From Woeseiaceae bacterium (GTDB taxonomy: Bacteria; Pseudomonadota; Gammaproteobacteria; Steroidobacterales; Woeseiaceae), in assembly GCA_029243005.1 (NCBI GenBank), contig JAQWSV010000216.1:1-47835 (forward strand): a stretch of 47,835 nt of DNA, read 5' to 3'. The notes under the pieces were generated by a model that was given only the letters and a program-made list of their open reading frames with translations, was not told the origin of the DNA and searched no databases. Positions 8,310 to 17,197 of the stretch are shown here, piece after piece. The stretch's first letter is position 1, and the number at the start of each line of letters is the position of its first letter. The translations under genes were made by a program, and so were the position numbers.

Positions 8310-10154
8310 ATGAGCGATAAAGTATCCCGTCGCGATTTTCTGAATGGCACGCAGGTGGCGATCGGCGCCTCTCTGCTGAGCCCGTGGACCGAGGTGTTCG
8401 GTGCCGATGGTGCGAAGTTTGCGCTGGGTGAAAATTACTATCCTCCGTCGAAAACCGGACTGCGGGGCAGTCATGACGGTTCCTGGGAAACGATGCATGC
8501 TCGCGTCAGCGGCGCGACCTGGCCTGTTGGTTCGCCAGAGGAAGATGTCGATCTCGTGGTCGTCGGTGGCGGCATCAGCGGGCTGGCCGCCGCGCATTAC
8601 TACCGGGAAGAGAATCCTGATGCACGCATTATCATTCTCGATAATCACGATGACTTCGGTGGACACGCAAAGCGCAATGAGTGGCAGGTCAATGGTGAAA
8701 CACGTATCGGTTATGGCGGCACGGAAACTATCGACACGCCATCGTCATACGCGGATGTTTCGAAAGATCTGTTCAAGGAGATTGGCGTAGAGATCGATAA
8801 GTTTTATGACTACTTTGACCAGGCGCTCTACGATTCGCTCGACCTGAACTACGCCATCGCTTACGACAGCAAGACCTATGGCAAACGCAAACTGGTAAGT
8901 GGCTACGGCAGCCGTCCATGGGAGGAGTTTGCTGCTGAAACGCCGATGAGCGACAAGGCGAAGGCAGACCTGGTGCGTGCTTTCACTGCTGAAGTCGACT
9001 ACCTGCCGGGAATGACCCGCGACGAGAAGATCACGCTTTTGAGCCGGATCAGCTATCGCACTTACCTCCGCGATTACGTGAAAGTCGATGAGCAGGTACT
9101 TGAGATGTACCAGCGCTGGGGCATAAGCTACTGGTGCGTCGGCATGGATGAGGTACCGGCTATCTATATCCTGGGATACGGGGATGGTGGCGGTCTGCCC
9201 GGGCTGGAGTCCACAGTGAAGCGTGAGGGTGGTCGTGGGAGTGAGCCCTATATTCATCATTTCCCCGACGGCAATGCGACCGTGGCTAGGCTTCTGGTCA
9301 GGAAACTGATTCCGGACGCGTTACCCGGAGACACGATGGAGGACAGTGTCACTGCGCGGCTCGATTACTCGCTGATTGACCGGGATGGAGCGAAGGTTCG
9401 GATTCGTCTCAACAGTACGGTCGTTAACGCTCAACACACGGGAAATTCGCAGGCGGTTGACGTGACCTACGTTCACGCAGGCGACGCGCACACGGTTCGC
9501 GCACGTCACTGCATCATGGCTTGCTACAACAGCGCTATCCCTTATATATGTTCCGAGTTGCCGGAAGAGCAAAAGGCCGGCCTTGCCTACAACGTCAAGA
9601 TTCCGCTGACCTACACCAAGGTGATGTTGCCGAACTGGCGTTGGTTTGCCGATCTCGGAATTCGATTCGTTTTCTATACCAACGACTTCTTCAAGCAGGT
9701 CGAGCTCGACTACCCGGTTACCATGGGCGATTACAACTTCAGCACCTCGCCCGATGGCCCCATGGTTCTGCACATGTGTTACGTGCCTTACTTCGATGAC
9801 ATCCAGGGCCCGGAACAGTGGCGTGCGGGCAGGCGGCGTTTGCTGGAGACGCCATTCTCAACCTTTGAGCATCACGTCAAAGACCAGCTGGACCAGGCGT
9901 TGTCGGGTGCGGGTTTCGATGCGGACCGGGATATCAGCGGCATCACGGTGAATCGATGGGCGCACGGCTACGCTTATAGCCCGAACCTGTTATGGGAGCC
10001 GAAGTACGCCAGTGAATCGGATAAGCCGTGGGTGAAAGGACGCCGCCCCCATGGCCGCATCACGATCGCCAATTCGGACGCAGGTGCTTCTGCCAATACG
10101 AACTCGGCCATCATCCATGGCTATCGTGCCGTTCGAGAAGCGCTGGACGGCTAA
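8310..10154 (+). CDS. Tat-exported FAD amine oxidoreductase, spermidine dehydrogenase (SpdH)-like
   Basis: 614 aa. Tat motif VSRRDFLNG. FAD fold DLVVVGGGISGLAAAHYY and ILDNHDDFGGHAKRNE. Size and N-terminus fit my recollection of the SpdH family. Confidence 0.7.
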   Translation: MSDKVSRRDFLNGTQVAIGASLLSPWTEVFGADGAKFALGENYYPPSKTGLRGSHDGSWETMHARVSGATWPVGSPEEDVDLVVVGGGISGLAAAHYYREENPDARIIILDNHDDFGGHAKRNEWQVNGETRIGYGGTETIDTPSSYADVSKDLFKEIGVEIDKFYDYFDQALYDSLDLNYAIAYDSKTYGKRKLVSGYGSRPWEEFAAETPMSDKAKADLVRAFTAEVDYLPGMTRDEKITLLSRISYRTYLRDYVKVDEQVLEMYQRWGISYWCVGMDEVPAIYILGYGDGGGLPGLESTVKREGGRGSEPYIHHFPDGNATVARLLVRKLIPDALPGDTMEDSVTARLDYSLIDRDGAKVRIRLNSTVVNAQHTGNSQAVDVTYVHAGDAHTVRARHCIMACYNSAIPYICSELPEEQKAGLAYNVKIPLTYTKVMLPNWRWFADLGIRFVFYTNDFFKQVELDYPVTMGDYNFSTSPDGPMVLHMCYVPYFDDIQGPEQWRAGRRRLLETPFSTFEHHVKDQLDQALSGAGFDADRDISGITVNRWAHGYAYSPNLLWEPKYASESDKPWVKGRRPHGRITIANSDAGASANTNSAIIHGYRAVREALDG

Positions 10155-10381
10155 CGCATCGAACTACGGGTTCAGAGCCCGGATCACAACTATGACGGCA
10201 CTGGCAACATGATGTTCAGTAACCCACCTGACGATCAGTGTCCGGTGTCGTGCCCGATGGGGTTTATGCGGATGTCGCTCGTTGGCGTTTTGCACAATGT
10301 ATCACCGGACAAGATATGCAGATGGTGTGATCAGGCGTAGTGTTATGCTCTCGCCGTCAATAGAGCGACAAGAACCAGACC

Positions 10382-11284
10382 TTGATCGATAAGAAAGACC
10401 ATCTCGATGTGCTTGCCGTCAGCACAGTATTGATTCTGTGCATGAGCTGGGGCGTGCAGCAGGTTGTCATCAAGCTCACGCTGGTCGATATCTCGCCGGT
10501 GATGCAGGCAGCGTTTCGTTCCATTGGTGCGATGGTTATTCTGACAGGCTGGGCACTCATACGCCGTGATCCCCTGTTCGTTCGTGATGGCACGCTTTGG
10601 TGGGGTATCGCCGCCGGTATCTTCTTCACCGTTGAATTCGTGCTGATCTTTTGGGGACTCGAATTCACCAACGCGTCGCGATCGGTGATTTTCCTATTCT
10701 GCTCTCCGTTCGTGGTGGCGCTGGGCAGCCAGTGGTTTGTGCCCGGCGAGCGCCTCAACCGGTTGCAGTTTGCTGGCCTCGGTATTGCTTTCCTCGGCAT
10801 TATCATTGCGTTCGGGGAGTCGATGACATTGCCAACTAAGACCATGCTGGTTGGAGATGCAATGCTCATTGGTGCGGCGATCTTCTGGGGTGCCGCGACC
10901 GTGGTGGTTAAAGCAGGACCACTGGCAACGATTTCGCCGACCCGAACTTTGCTCTACCAGCTCGCCGTATCCGCTTTGATCCTGCCCGTTGCCTCTTGGA
11001 GCCTCGGCGAACCCGGCGTTATTCGCTGGTCGACGTTTGCGATAGTCAGCGTCGTTTACCAGACCATCTGGGTAGTTGCGATCACCTATCTCGCCTGGTT
11101 CTGGTTGATTCGTTATTACCCGGCACCGAAGATCGCTTCGTTTACTTTCTTAACACCGATCTTTGGTGTGTTCGCAGGATGGCTGATCCTGGACGAGCCC
11201 CTCACGATCGCCTTGCTGGTCGCGCTGATGTTCGTCGCTACCGGTGTCTGGCTGGTTAATCGGCAGGAAAAAGGCGATGGCTAA
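10382..11284 (+). CDS. DMT-superfamily (EamA-like) transporter
   Basis: 300 aa with about 10 TM segments and a two-EamA-repeat architecture. TTG start; a GTG at 10409 is an alternative. Confidence 0.8.
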   Translation: MIDKKDHLDVLAVSTVLILCMSWGVQQVVIKLTLVDISPVMQAAFRSIGAMVILTGWALIRRDPLFVRDGTLWWGIAAGIFFTVEFVLIFWGLEFTNASRSVIFLFCSPFVVALGSQWFVPGERLNRLQFAGLGIAFLGIIIAFGESMTLPTKTMLVGDAMLIGAAIFWGAATVVVKAGPLATISPTRTLLYQLAVSALILPVASWSLGEPGVIRWSTFAIVSVVYQTIWVVAITYLAWFWLIRYYPAPKIASFTFLTPIFGVFAGWLILDEPLTIALLVALMFVATGVWLVNRQEKGDG

Positions 11285-11738
11285 TCTGCTCTTTGTTTGT
11301 CACTGTCCGTCAGAAAACACTCGCCGACTGCGCGACGCCGCGTTGACCGGTATCGCTCAACTGGCGCCGGATAATTTGACCGTCCGTGCGCTGTCGCCGC
11401 TCGAGGCAAGTGCAGAAGATATTGAATGGTGTGACGGAATCTTGATCGGTACCACAGAGAATCTCGGTTACATGGCGGGGCTGATCAAGGATTTCTTCGA
11501 GCGGATTTACTATCCGTGTCTCGAATCCAGCCAGGGCCTGCCGGTCGCACTCTATATTCGTGCAGGACAAGACGGACGAGGAACACAAACGAGCATCGGC
11601 AGGATCACGACCGGTCTGCGCTGGAAGACCGTGTCCGAGCCGCTGATTCTCCGCGGCGAGTGGGATGATGCTTTCGACGAACAGGTAGCCGAACTCGCGA
11701 TGACGCTCGCGGCCGGACTGGATACCGGCATCTACTAG
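11277..11738 (+). CDS. Flavodoxin-like fold / NAD(P)H-dependent FMN reductase-like protein
   Basis: MANLLFVCHCPSENTRRL...ILIGTTENLGYMAGLIKDFFERIY. The ATG overlaps the EamA stop (ATGGCTAA). Confidence 0.65.
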   Translation: MANLLFVCHCPSENTRRLRDAALTGIAQLAPDNLTVRALSPLEASAEDIEWCDGILIGTTENLGYMAGLIKDFFERIYYPCLESSQGLPVALYIRAGQDGRGTQTSIGRITTGLRWKTVSEPLILRGEWDDAFDEQVAELAMTLAAGLDTGIY

Positions 11739-11771
11739 TCGAGATAGGGCAGCATCGCCCTTTCATCGGCT

Positions 11772-11812
11772 GTGATATAAAGCTGCATTCACTGCAGCAC
11801 GATGAATATCAC
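11772..11812. promoter_or_regulatory. Nested inverted repeat immediately upstream of the 2OG-oxygenase start
   Basis: GTGATAT (11772-11778) pairs with ATATCAC (11806-11812). The inner pair is GCTGCA (11782-11787) with TGCAGC (11793-11798). The element ends 6 nt before ATG 11819 and has no T-run. It could be an operator or an RBS-occluding hairpin. Confidence 0.3.
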
Positions 11813-11818
11813 AGAGCT

Positions 11819-12844
11819 ATGGCTGAGTTGAAAGATGACCTGGACCAGTACCCGATTGCCCAATCAGGCGAGGTCGTGCAGCGGGTTCCGGTTATCGACG
11901 TCGGCGCCATTGTTCAGGATGCGGCATCGCCGGCCGCCAACGAAGCTGTGCAGTCAATTGCCGCCGCTGCATCGGAGTGGGGCTTCTTTCAGGTCGTCAA
12001 TCATGGGGTTTCCGATTCACTGATTGATGCCACCTGGCGCGAGACTGTCGGCTTTTTTGCCCGGCCCGCATCCGCCAAGGACGCGATCATGCGCACCCAG
12101 GAAAATCCCTGGGGGTATTACAACAACGAGCTCACCAAGAACCAGCGCGACAAGAAGGAAGTGTTTGACTACACGACCGACGGTGTCGATCCGATTTACG
12201 CATCCGAAAATCGCTGGCCCGACGTTGACGACAGTTTTCGGAAAACCATGAGTGCCTACCGAGACGCGGTGACTGATCTCAGCCTCGCCTTGTTACGTGC
12301 GTTCTGTGTCGGACTCGATATGCCTGCCGGATTCATGCAGTCCGATTTTGCGAAGGGACATACCGGTTTCATCCGCCTGAACTATTACCCAATCAAAGAT
12401 CCGCTGGAGGCTGCCAATGTCGGGGCATTGTCGGTAGCCGATCTTGGCGTACACCACCATACGGATGCCGGGGCCCTAACCGTACTGATGCAGGACGACG
12501 TCGGCGGGCTGCAGGTATTTCGCGATGGCTATTGGCATAATATCGGGCCCACACCTGGCGCGTTCGTCATCAACACGGGTGACATGATGCAGGTCTGGTC
12601 AAACGACATTTACCAGGCGGCTATTCATCGCGTTCTCGCGATGGAACAAACAGACCGCTACAGCATTCCCTTTTTCTTCAATCCAACGGCGGATACCAAC
12701 GTTAGTCCATTGCCCAGTGTTGTGAGCGATGAGCATCCAGCGCGCTATAAAACAATCAACTGGTCGGATTACCGTGGCAAACGAACCGATGGGGATTACG
12801 CGGACTACGGGCCCGAAGTACAAGTTGCGCAATATCGAGTCTGA
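11819..12844 (+). CDS. 2-oxoglutarate/Fe(II)-dependent oxygenase (isopenicillin-N-synthase-like family)
   Basis: WGFFQVVNHGV; HHHTDAGALTVLMQD (HxD); AAIHRV (distal His); RYSIPFF (2OG-binding RxS). Confidence 0.88.
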   Translation: MAELKDDLDQYPIAQSGEVVQRVPVIDVGAIVQDAASPAANEAVQSIAAAASEWGFFQVVNHGVSDSLIDATWRETVGFFARPASAKDAIMRTQENPWGYYNNELTKNQRDKKEVFDYTTDGVDPIYASENRWPDVDDSFRKTMSAYRDAVTDLSLALLRAFCVGLDMPAGFMQSDFAKGHTGFIRLNYYPIKDPLEAANVGALSVADLGVHHHTDAGALTVLMQDDVGGLQVFRDGYWHNIGPTPGAFVINTGDMMQVWSNDIYQAAIHRVLAMEQTDRYSIPFFFNPTADTNVSPLPSVVSDEHPARYKTINWSDYRGKRTDGDYADYGPEVQVAQYRV

Positions 12845-12854
12845 GGATTCAACA

Positions 12855-14900
12855 ATGATTAAAAACATCGTGTTGGCTTTGCTGCCAATCGCTATTTCTT
12901 CTGCAACATTTGCTGACGACCTCAAGCCGTTCAAGGCGGAGGACGTTTTCGAACTTGAATACGCGAACGACCCGCAAATCGCGCCAGACGGTTCGCATAT
13001 CGTTTACACGCGCCGCAGCAACGACATCATGAAGGACGATACCCGTTCCAATATCTGGGTTATCGACCCAGATGGCGCCCAGCACCGCCCACTTATCTCT
13101 GGAACGACAAGCGCGTCGTCGCCGCGTTGGTCCGCGGACAGTTCGCGAATTGCCTACACCCAGTCGACCGATACCGGTAATGGGATTTTCGTCCGCTGGA
13201 TGGATTCCGGCCTTACAGCGCTGGTCGCAAATTTGCAGCGAGCACCATCCAGTCTGTCGTGGTCACCTGATGGCCGCTGGCTTGCCTTTTCCATGCCGGT
13301 GCCTGCGGAGGCAAAACCGCTGGCGAAGCCGCGTTTGAAGCCGGAGGGTGCGGAATGGTCGGAACCCGTCAAGGTCATCGATACCCCGCAATACCGTTGG
13401 GATGGTCGCGGATTTCTGGAGCCGGCACATGACCACATTTTCGTTGTGCCATCGGAGGGTGGAACTCCACGACAGGTGACCAGCGGCGACTACGATCAAG
13501 ACGGTCCATTCTCCTGGATGCCCGATGGCGACAATATCCTGTTTTCGTCGAATCGGAACGACGGATGGCAACTGGAATCCGGTGAGTCGGATATCTACTC
13601 AGTATCCGTTATTGATGGCGCGTTGACTCAACTCACTGATAAACCCGGTGGCGAGTCGTCGCCTATCGTGTCGCCCAACGGCCGGAACGTCGCCTACATT
13701 TACAACGCCAATCGCATGGTGATTTACAACACGCGTGTGTTGCATGTCATGGGCATTGACGGCAGTGATGACCGGGCATTGACTGCAGATCTTGATCGAT
13801 CCGTAAGTAATGTTCGCTGGGCTGGTAACAGGCGCATTTTCTTTCAGTACGACGATCGCGCGGTGCGCAAAGTGGCGAGCACGAATCTCGGTGGTGAGAT
13901 GACGGTCGTCGCTGAGGGCCTGGGCAGCACTTCCCTGGGCAGGCCTTATATGAGTGGCAACTACACGGTGTCCGACGACGGTATGGTGGCATACACCGCC
14001 GGTACGGCCTATCGGCCAGCCGATGTTGCTGTGGCCTCGCGGCGCCGTGGCGGTACAGTCTTGACCGCTCTCAACGAGGATTTGCTCAGCGACCGTACGT
14101 TGGGGCAGGTCACTGGGATTACTTACGAATCAAAGCTCGACGGCCAGGAAATCCAGGGCTGGTACATCACGCCGCCCGGTTATGAGGAAGGCACCGCCTA
14201 TCCGTTGATTCTCGAGATTCATGGCGGACCGACGCTAGCCTACGGGCCTTACTTTTCCGCGGAAATGCAGTTGATGGCGGCGGCCGGCTACGTCGTGTTC
14301 TATGACAACCATCGCGGCAGCAGCGGCTATGGCGAAGCGTTTGGCATGTTGCTGCACAACAAGTATTCGAGTCCGGACGACTTTGCCGATCACGACTCCG
14401 GTGTTGATGTGATGGTCGAACTCGGTGTTGCGGACTCCGATAACCTCTTTATTACAGGCGGCTCGGCGGGTGGTATAGCGAGTGCCTATGCTATCGGCCT
14501 GACCGATCGGTTCAGGGCAGCGGCCGTAGCTAAGCCTGTCGTCAACTGGATCAGCAAAACGCTCACAGCGGATTCCTATATCGGACAGATTTCGCACCAG
14601 TTCCCTGGCATGCCGTGGGAAGAATTCGACCATTACTGGCAGCGCTCACCGTTGTCACTGGTTGGCAACATGGTGACGCCGACAATGTTGATCACGGGAG
14701 AGGAAGACTATCGGACGCCCATGTCCGAAACCGAGCAGCTTTACCAGGCGCTGACATTGAAGGGCGTCGACGTCGTAATGGTTCGTGTTCCCGGGGCGTC
14801 TCATGGTATCGCCGGCAGGCCGTCTCGCCTGGTGGCCAAAGTCGACAATATCGTTGCGTGGTTTGAACGCTATCGTACAGAACGGGATGTTGAGGATTAA
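12855..14900 (+). CDS. S9-family serine peptidase (acylaminoacyl/dipeptidyl peptidase type), exported
   Basis: ATG 12855 after GAGGA. Signal MIKNIVLALLPIAISSATFA. N-terminal propeller region, then ITGGSAGGIASAY (nucleophile elbow) and VPGASHGI (His). Confidence 0.9.
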   Translation: MIKNIVLALLPIAISSATFADDLKPFKAEDVFELEYANDPQIAPDGSHIVYTRRSNDIMKDDTRSNIWVIDPDGAQHRPLISGTTSASSPRWSADSSRIAYTQSTDTGNGIFVRWMDSGLTALVANLQRAPSSLSWSPDGRWLAFSMPVPAEAKPLAKPRLKPEGAEWSEPVKVIDTPQYRWDGRGFLEPAHDHIFVVPSEGGTPRQVTSGDYDQDGPFSWMPDGDNILFSSNRNDGWQLESGESDIYSVSVIDGALTQLTDKPGGESSPIVSPNGRNVAYIYNANRMVIYNTRVLHVMGIDGSDDRALTADLDRSVSNVRWAGNRRIFFQYDDRAVRKVASTNLGGEMTVVAEGLGSTSLGRPYMSGNYTVSDDGMVAYTAGTAYRPADVAVASRRRGGTVLTALNEDLLSDRTLGQVTGITYESKLDGQEIQGWYITPPGYEEGTAYPLILEIHGGPTLAYGPYFSAEMQLMAAAGYVVFYDNHRGSSGYGEAFGMLLHNKYSSPDDFADHDSGVDVMVELGVADSDNLFITGGSAGGIASAYAIGLTDRFRAAAVAKPVVNWISKTLTADSYIGQISHQFPGMPWEEFDHYWQRSPLSLVGNMVTPTMLITGEEDYRTPMSETEQLYQALTLKGVDVVMVRVPGASHGIAGRPSRLVAKVDNIVAWFERYRTERDVED

Positions 14901-16440
14901 TAGAAAACCGGTTTTACTGATTGCGACCGCGTTCCTCGCTGCATGCCAACCTGCGGCCGGACCCTTCCTGCCGGAGTATGCGTCGATAGACCTGGTTATC
15001 GAAGACGGTCGCGTGATTGACGGCCTGGGTAATGACGCGATCGATGCAGATGTGGTTGTCGTCGGTGATCAAATCGTCTTCGTGGGTGATGCAGCATTGA
15101 CCGGAGCGGATCGCAGCAAGCGGGTGAAACGCATCATCGATGCCCGCGGCAGGGTGGTCGCGCCAGGATTCATCGACCTGCATTCGCACGGTAATCCGCT
15201 CGAGACACCCGAGATGGAAAACTTCCTTGCGATGGGGGTGACGACGATTACCCTGGGGCAGGACGGGTCCAGCCCTGACGTGCTGCCCTTGTCTGGTTGG
15301 ATGGCTGATGTTGAGGCTAGCGGTATCGGCACCAACCTCGTCATGTTCGTGGGTCACGGCACTCTGCGAAACCAGGTCGGTATTGGTCGGTCGACCGAGC
15401 CGGAGCCGGAAGACCTCCAGCGCATGCTCGACCTGCTCGACGAGACGCTCGGTTACACCTTCGGCATGAGTTCGGGGCTCGAATACAATCCGGGCCTCAA
15501 TGCGGATACCAATGAGCTGCGGACGCTCGCCAGGGTTGTGGGCGCCAACGATCGCATGATCATGAGTCATATGAGGAATGAAGACGATCATGCGCTGGAA
15601 GATTCGATCGCGGAACTCCTGGAGCAGGGTGAGGACGCGCGCGTCCACATCTCGCACCTGAAATCGGTTTATGGCAGCGGCGCGGAACGCGCCGCGGAAA
15701 TCCTCGGCATTCTGGATGATGCGCGGGCCAAGGGCATCGATATCACGGCCGAAATCTATCCTTATTCCGCGAGTTATACGGGTATCGCCATCGTGTTTCC
15801 GTTGTGGGCCAAGGCGCAGGAGCAATTCGATATAGCGAAGATCGAGCGGCGCGACGAACTGGCGGAGTATCTGCGGAACCGGGTCAATCAGCGTAATGGT
15901 CCAGAGGCGACCTTGCTCGGCACCGACCCCTGGACGGGGAGAACGCTTGCCGATGTCGCACATGAAATGGAGATGCCTTTCGAGGATGTATTGATTGATG
16001 TGATTGGACCACGTGGTGCGTCCGGTGCTTATTTCGTGATGAACGACGAACTGCAGGCACGTTTGCTGCAGGATCCGAACGTGGGTGTCTGTTCTGATGG
16101 CAGTCCAACAGGTTTTCATCCGCGCGGTCATGGCACGTTTGCAAAGATTATCGAGACCTACGTCAATGAGCGCGGTGTCCTCACGTTGCCGGAGGCCATC
16201 GCGAAGATGACGTCCTTCGCCGCCGGCATCCTGCGTATCGAGGAACGCGGCGTCATCGAAGCGAACCGAAAAGCGGACATCATCATTTTCTATCCGTTGA
16301 AGGTCCGGGAGACTGCCAGCTACCCCGACCCGCTGCGGCTCGCCGATGGCTTCGATATCGTGATTGTGAATGGTGAGGTGGCGCGGGAAAACGGGGCGCT
16401 GACCACGGCGTTCCATGGACGCGTGCTGTCGCCCGAATGA
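14887..16440 (+). CDS. N-acyl-D-amino-acid deacylase (D-aminoacylase) family amidohydrolase, lipoprotein signal
   Basis: Start MLRINRKPVLLIATAFLAACQP (lipobox), overlapping the S9 stop by 14 nt. APGFIDLHSHGNPL metal motif. C-terminal ADIIIF...VIVNGEV is typical of the family. Confidence 0.8.
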   Translation: MLRINRKPVLLIATAFLAACQPAAGPFLPEYASIDLVIEDGRVIDGLGNDAIDADVVVVGDQIVFVGDAALTGADRSKRVKRIIDARGRVVAPGFIDLHSHGNPLETPEMENFLAMGVTTITLGQDGSSPDVLPLSGWMADVEASGIGTNLVMFVGHGTLRNQVGIGRSTEPEPEDLQRMLDLLDETLGYTFGMSSGLEYNPGLNADTNELRTLARVVGANDRMIMSHMRNEDDHALEDSIAELLEQGEDARVHISHLKSVYGSGAERAAEILGILDDARAKGIDITAEIYPYSASYTGIAIVFPLWAKAQEQFDIAKIERRDELAEYLRNRVNQRNGPEATLLGTDPWTGRTLADVAHEMEMPFEDVLIDVIGPRGASGAYFVMNDELQARLLQDPNVGVCSDGSPTGFHPRGHGTFAKIIETYVNERGVLTLPEAIAKMTSFAAGILRIEERGVIEANRKADIIIFYPLKVRETASYPDPLRLADGFDIVIVNGEVARENGALTTAFHGRVLSPE

Positions 16441-17096
16441 CTGCAGCGGTCATAGAAACGGACGGTCGGGCAATCGTCCTCGATCTCAGCATCGGCGCGA
16501 CCCTGTTTGACCGACCCGTGGCCGGCCTCGGCGTCGGCGCACTATCGGCGTTAATTGATCGCAAAATGGCAGAAGCCGGCACTCGCTTTGCTTTCGGTCG
16601 CTGGGCGGAGCCCCGCGAGTTGTATACGACGGACGCCTTCGTGGGCGACTCCAGCGAAATGCGAACCATCCATATGGGTATTGACGTGTTTTGTGCCGCC
16701 GGCACGCCGGTCTGCACGCCACTGGATGGTGTGATCGATTACGTTGCAAACAACGATAACGAACTCGATTACGGCCCGGTCGTCATCGTTCGTCATGCAA
16801 CATCGGACACGAACTTCCACACGTTGTACGGCCACCTGTCATTGGACACGCTGGATCGCGTCGCTGTCGGTGAGTCAGTGACTGCCGGACAACAGATCGC
16901 GGCTGTAGGGGAGCCACCGAGCAACGGCAACTGGCCGCCGCACCTGCATTTTCAGCAGATCATCGACCTGCTGGACCTCGGCGTCGACTTTCCCGGCGCG
17001 GCATTGAAGAGCGAGCAGGATCATTGGCTGGCGTTGAGCCCCAGCCCGGCCGGATTCTTCCCTGAATGCGATCCCTCAAAGCTGGAGTATCGCTAA
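16437..17096 (+). CDS. M23 (LytM-type) metallopeptidase domain protein with no signal peptide
   Basis: HMGIDV (HxxxD) and PPHLHFQ (HxH). ATGA overlap with the D-aminoacylase stop. Confidence 0.75.
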   Translation: MTAAVIETDGRAIVLDLSIGATLFDRPVAGLGVGALSALIDRKMAEAGTRFAFGRWAEPRELYTTDAFVGDSSEMRTIHMGIDVFCAAGTPVCTPLDGVIDYVANNDNELDYGPVVIVRHATSDTNFHTLYGHLSLDTLDRVAVGESVTAGQQIAAVGEPPSNGNWPPHLHFQQIIDLLDLGVDFPGAALKSEQDHWLALSPSPAGFFPECDPSKLEYR

Positions 17097-17197
17097 AGCC
17101 TTTGATTCCAGGAATTCCGCAAGCGAATCGACCAGTCGTTGCAGGCCGTAGCCAATCACTGGACAATGCGCTAGCCATTTTTTAGGAGCCATATTAA

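Noticed and set aside
8211-8666. N-terminal 152 codons of the 532-aa track ORF 7068-8666
   Set aside because: This extension overlaps the start of the divergent spdH-like gene. The internal ATG at 8210 has an RBS and gives a canonical Tat leader.
14914-16416. 500-aa ORF on the minus strand, the longest unassigned ORF in the window
   Set aside because: It is entirely antisense to the D-aminoacylase-family gene, which has clear amidohydrolase motifs. The antisense product is rich in R, H, D and Q, has no recognisable motif and has no RBS context. This is a typical shadow ORF in GC-rich coding DNA.
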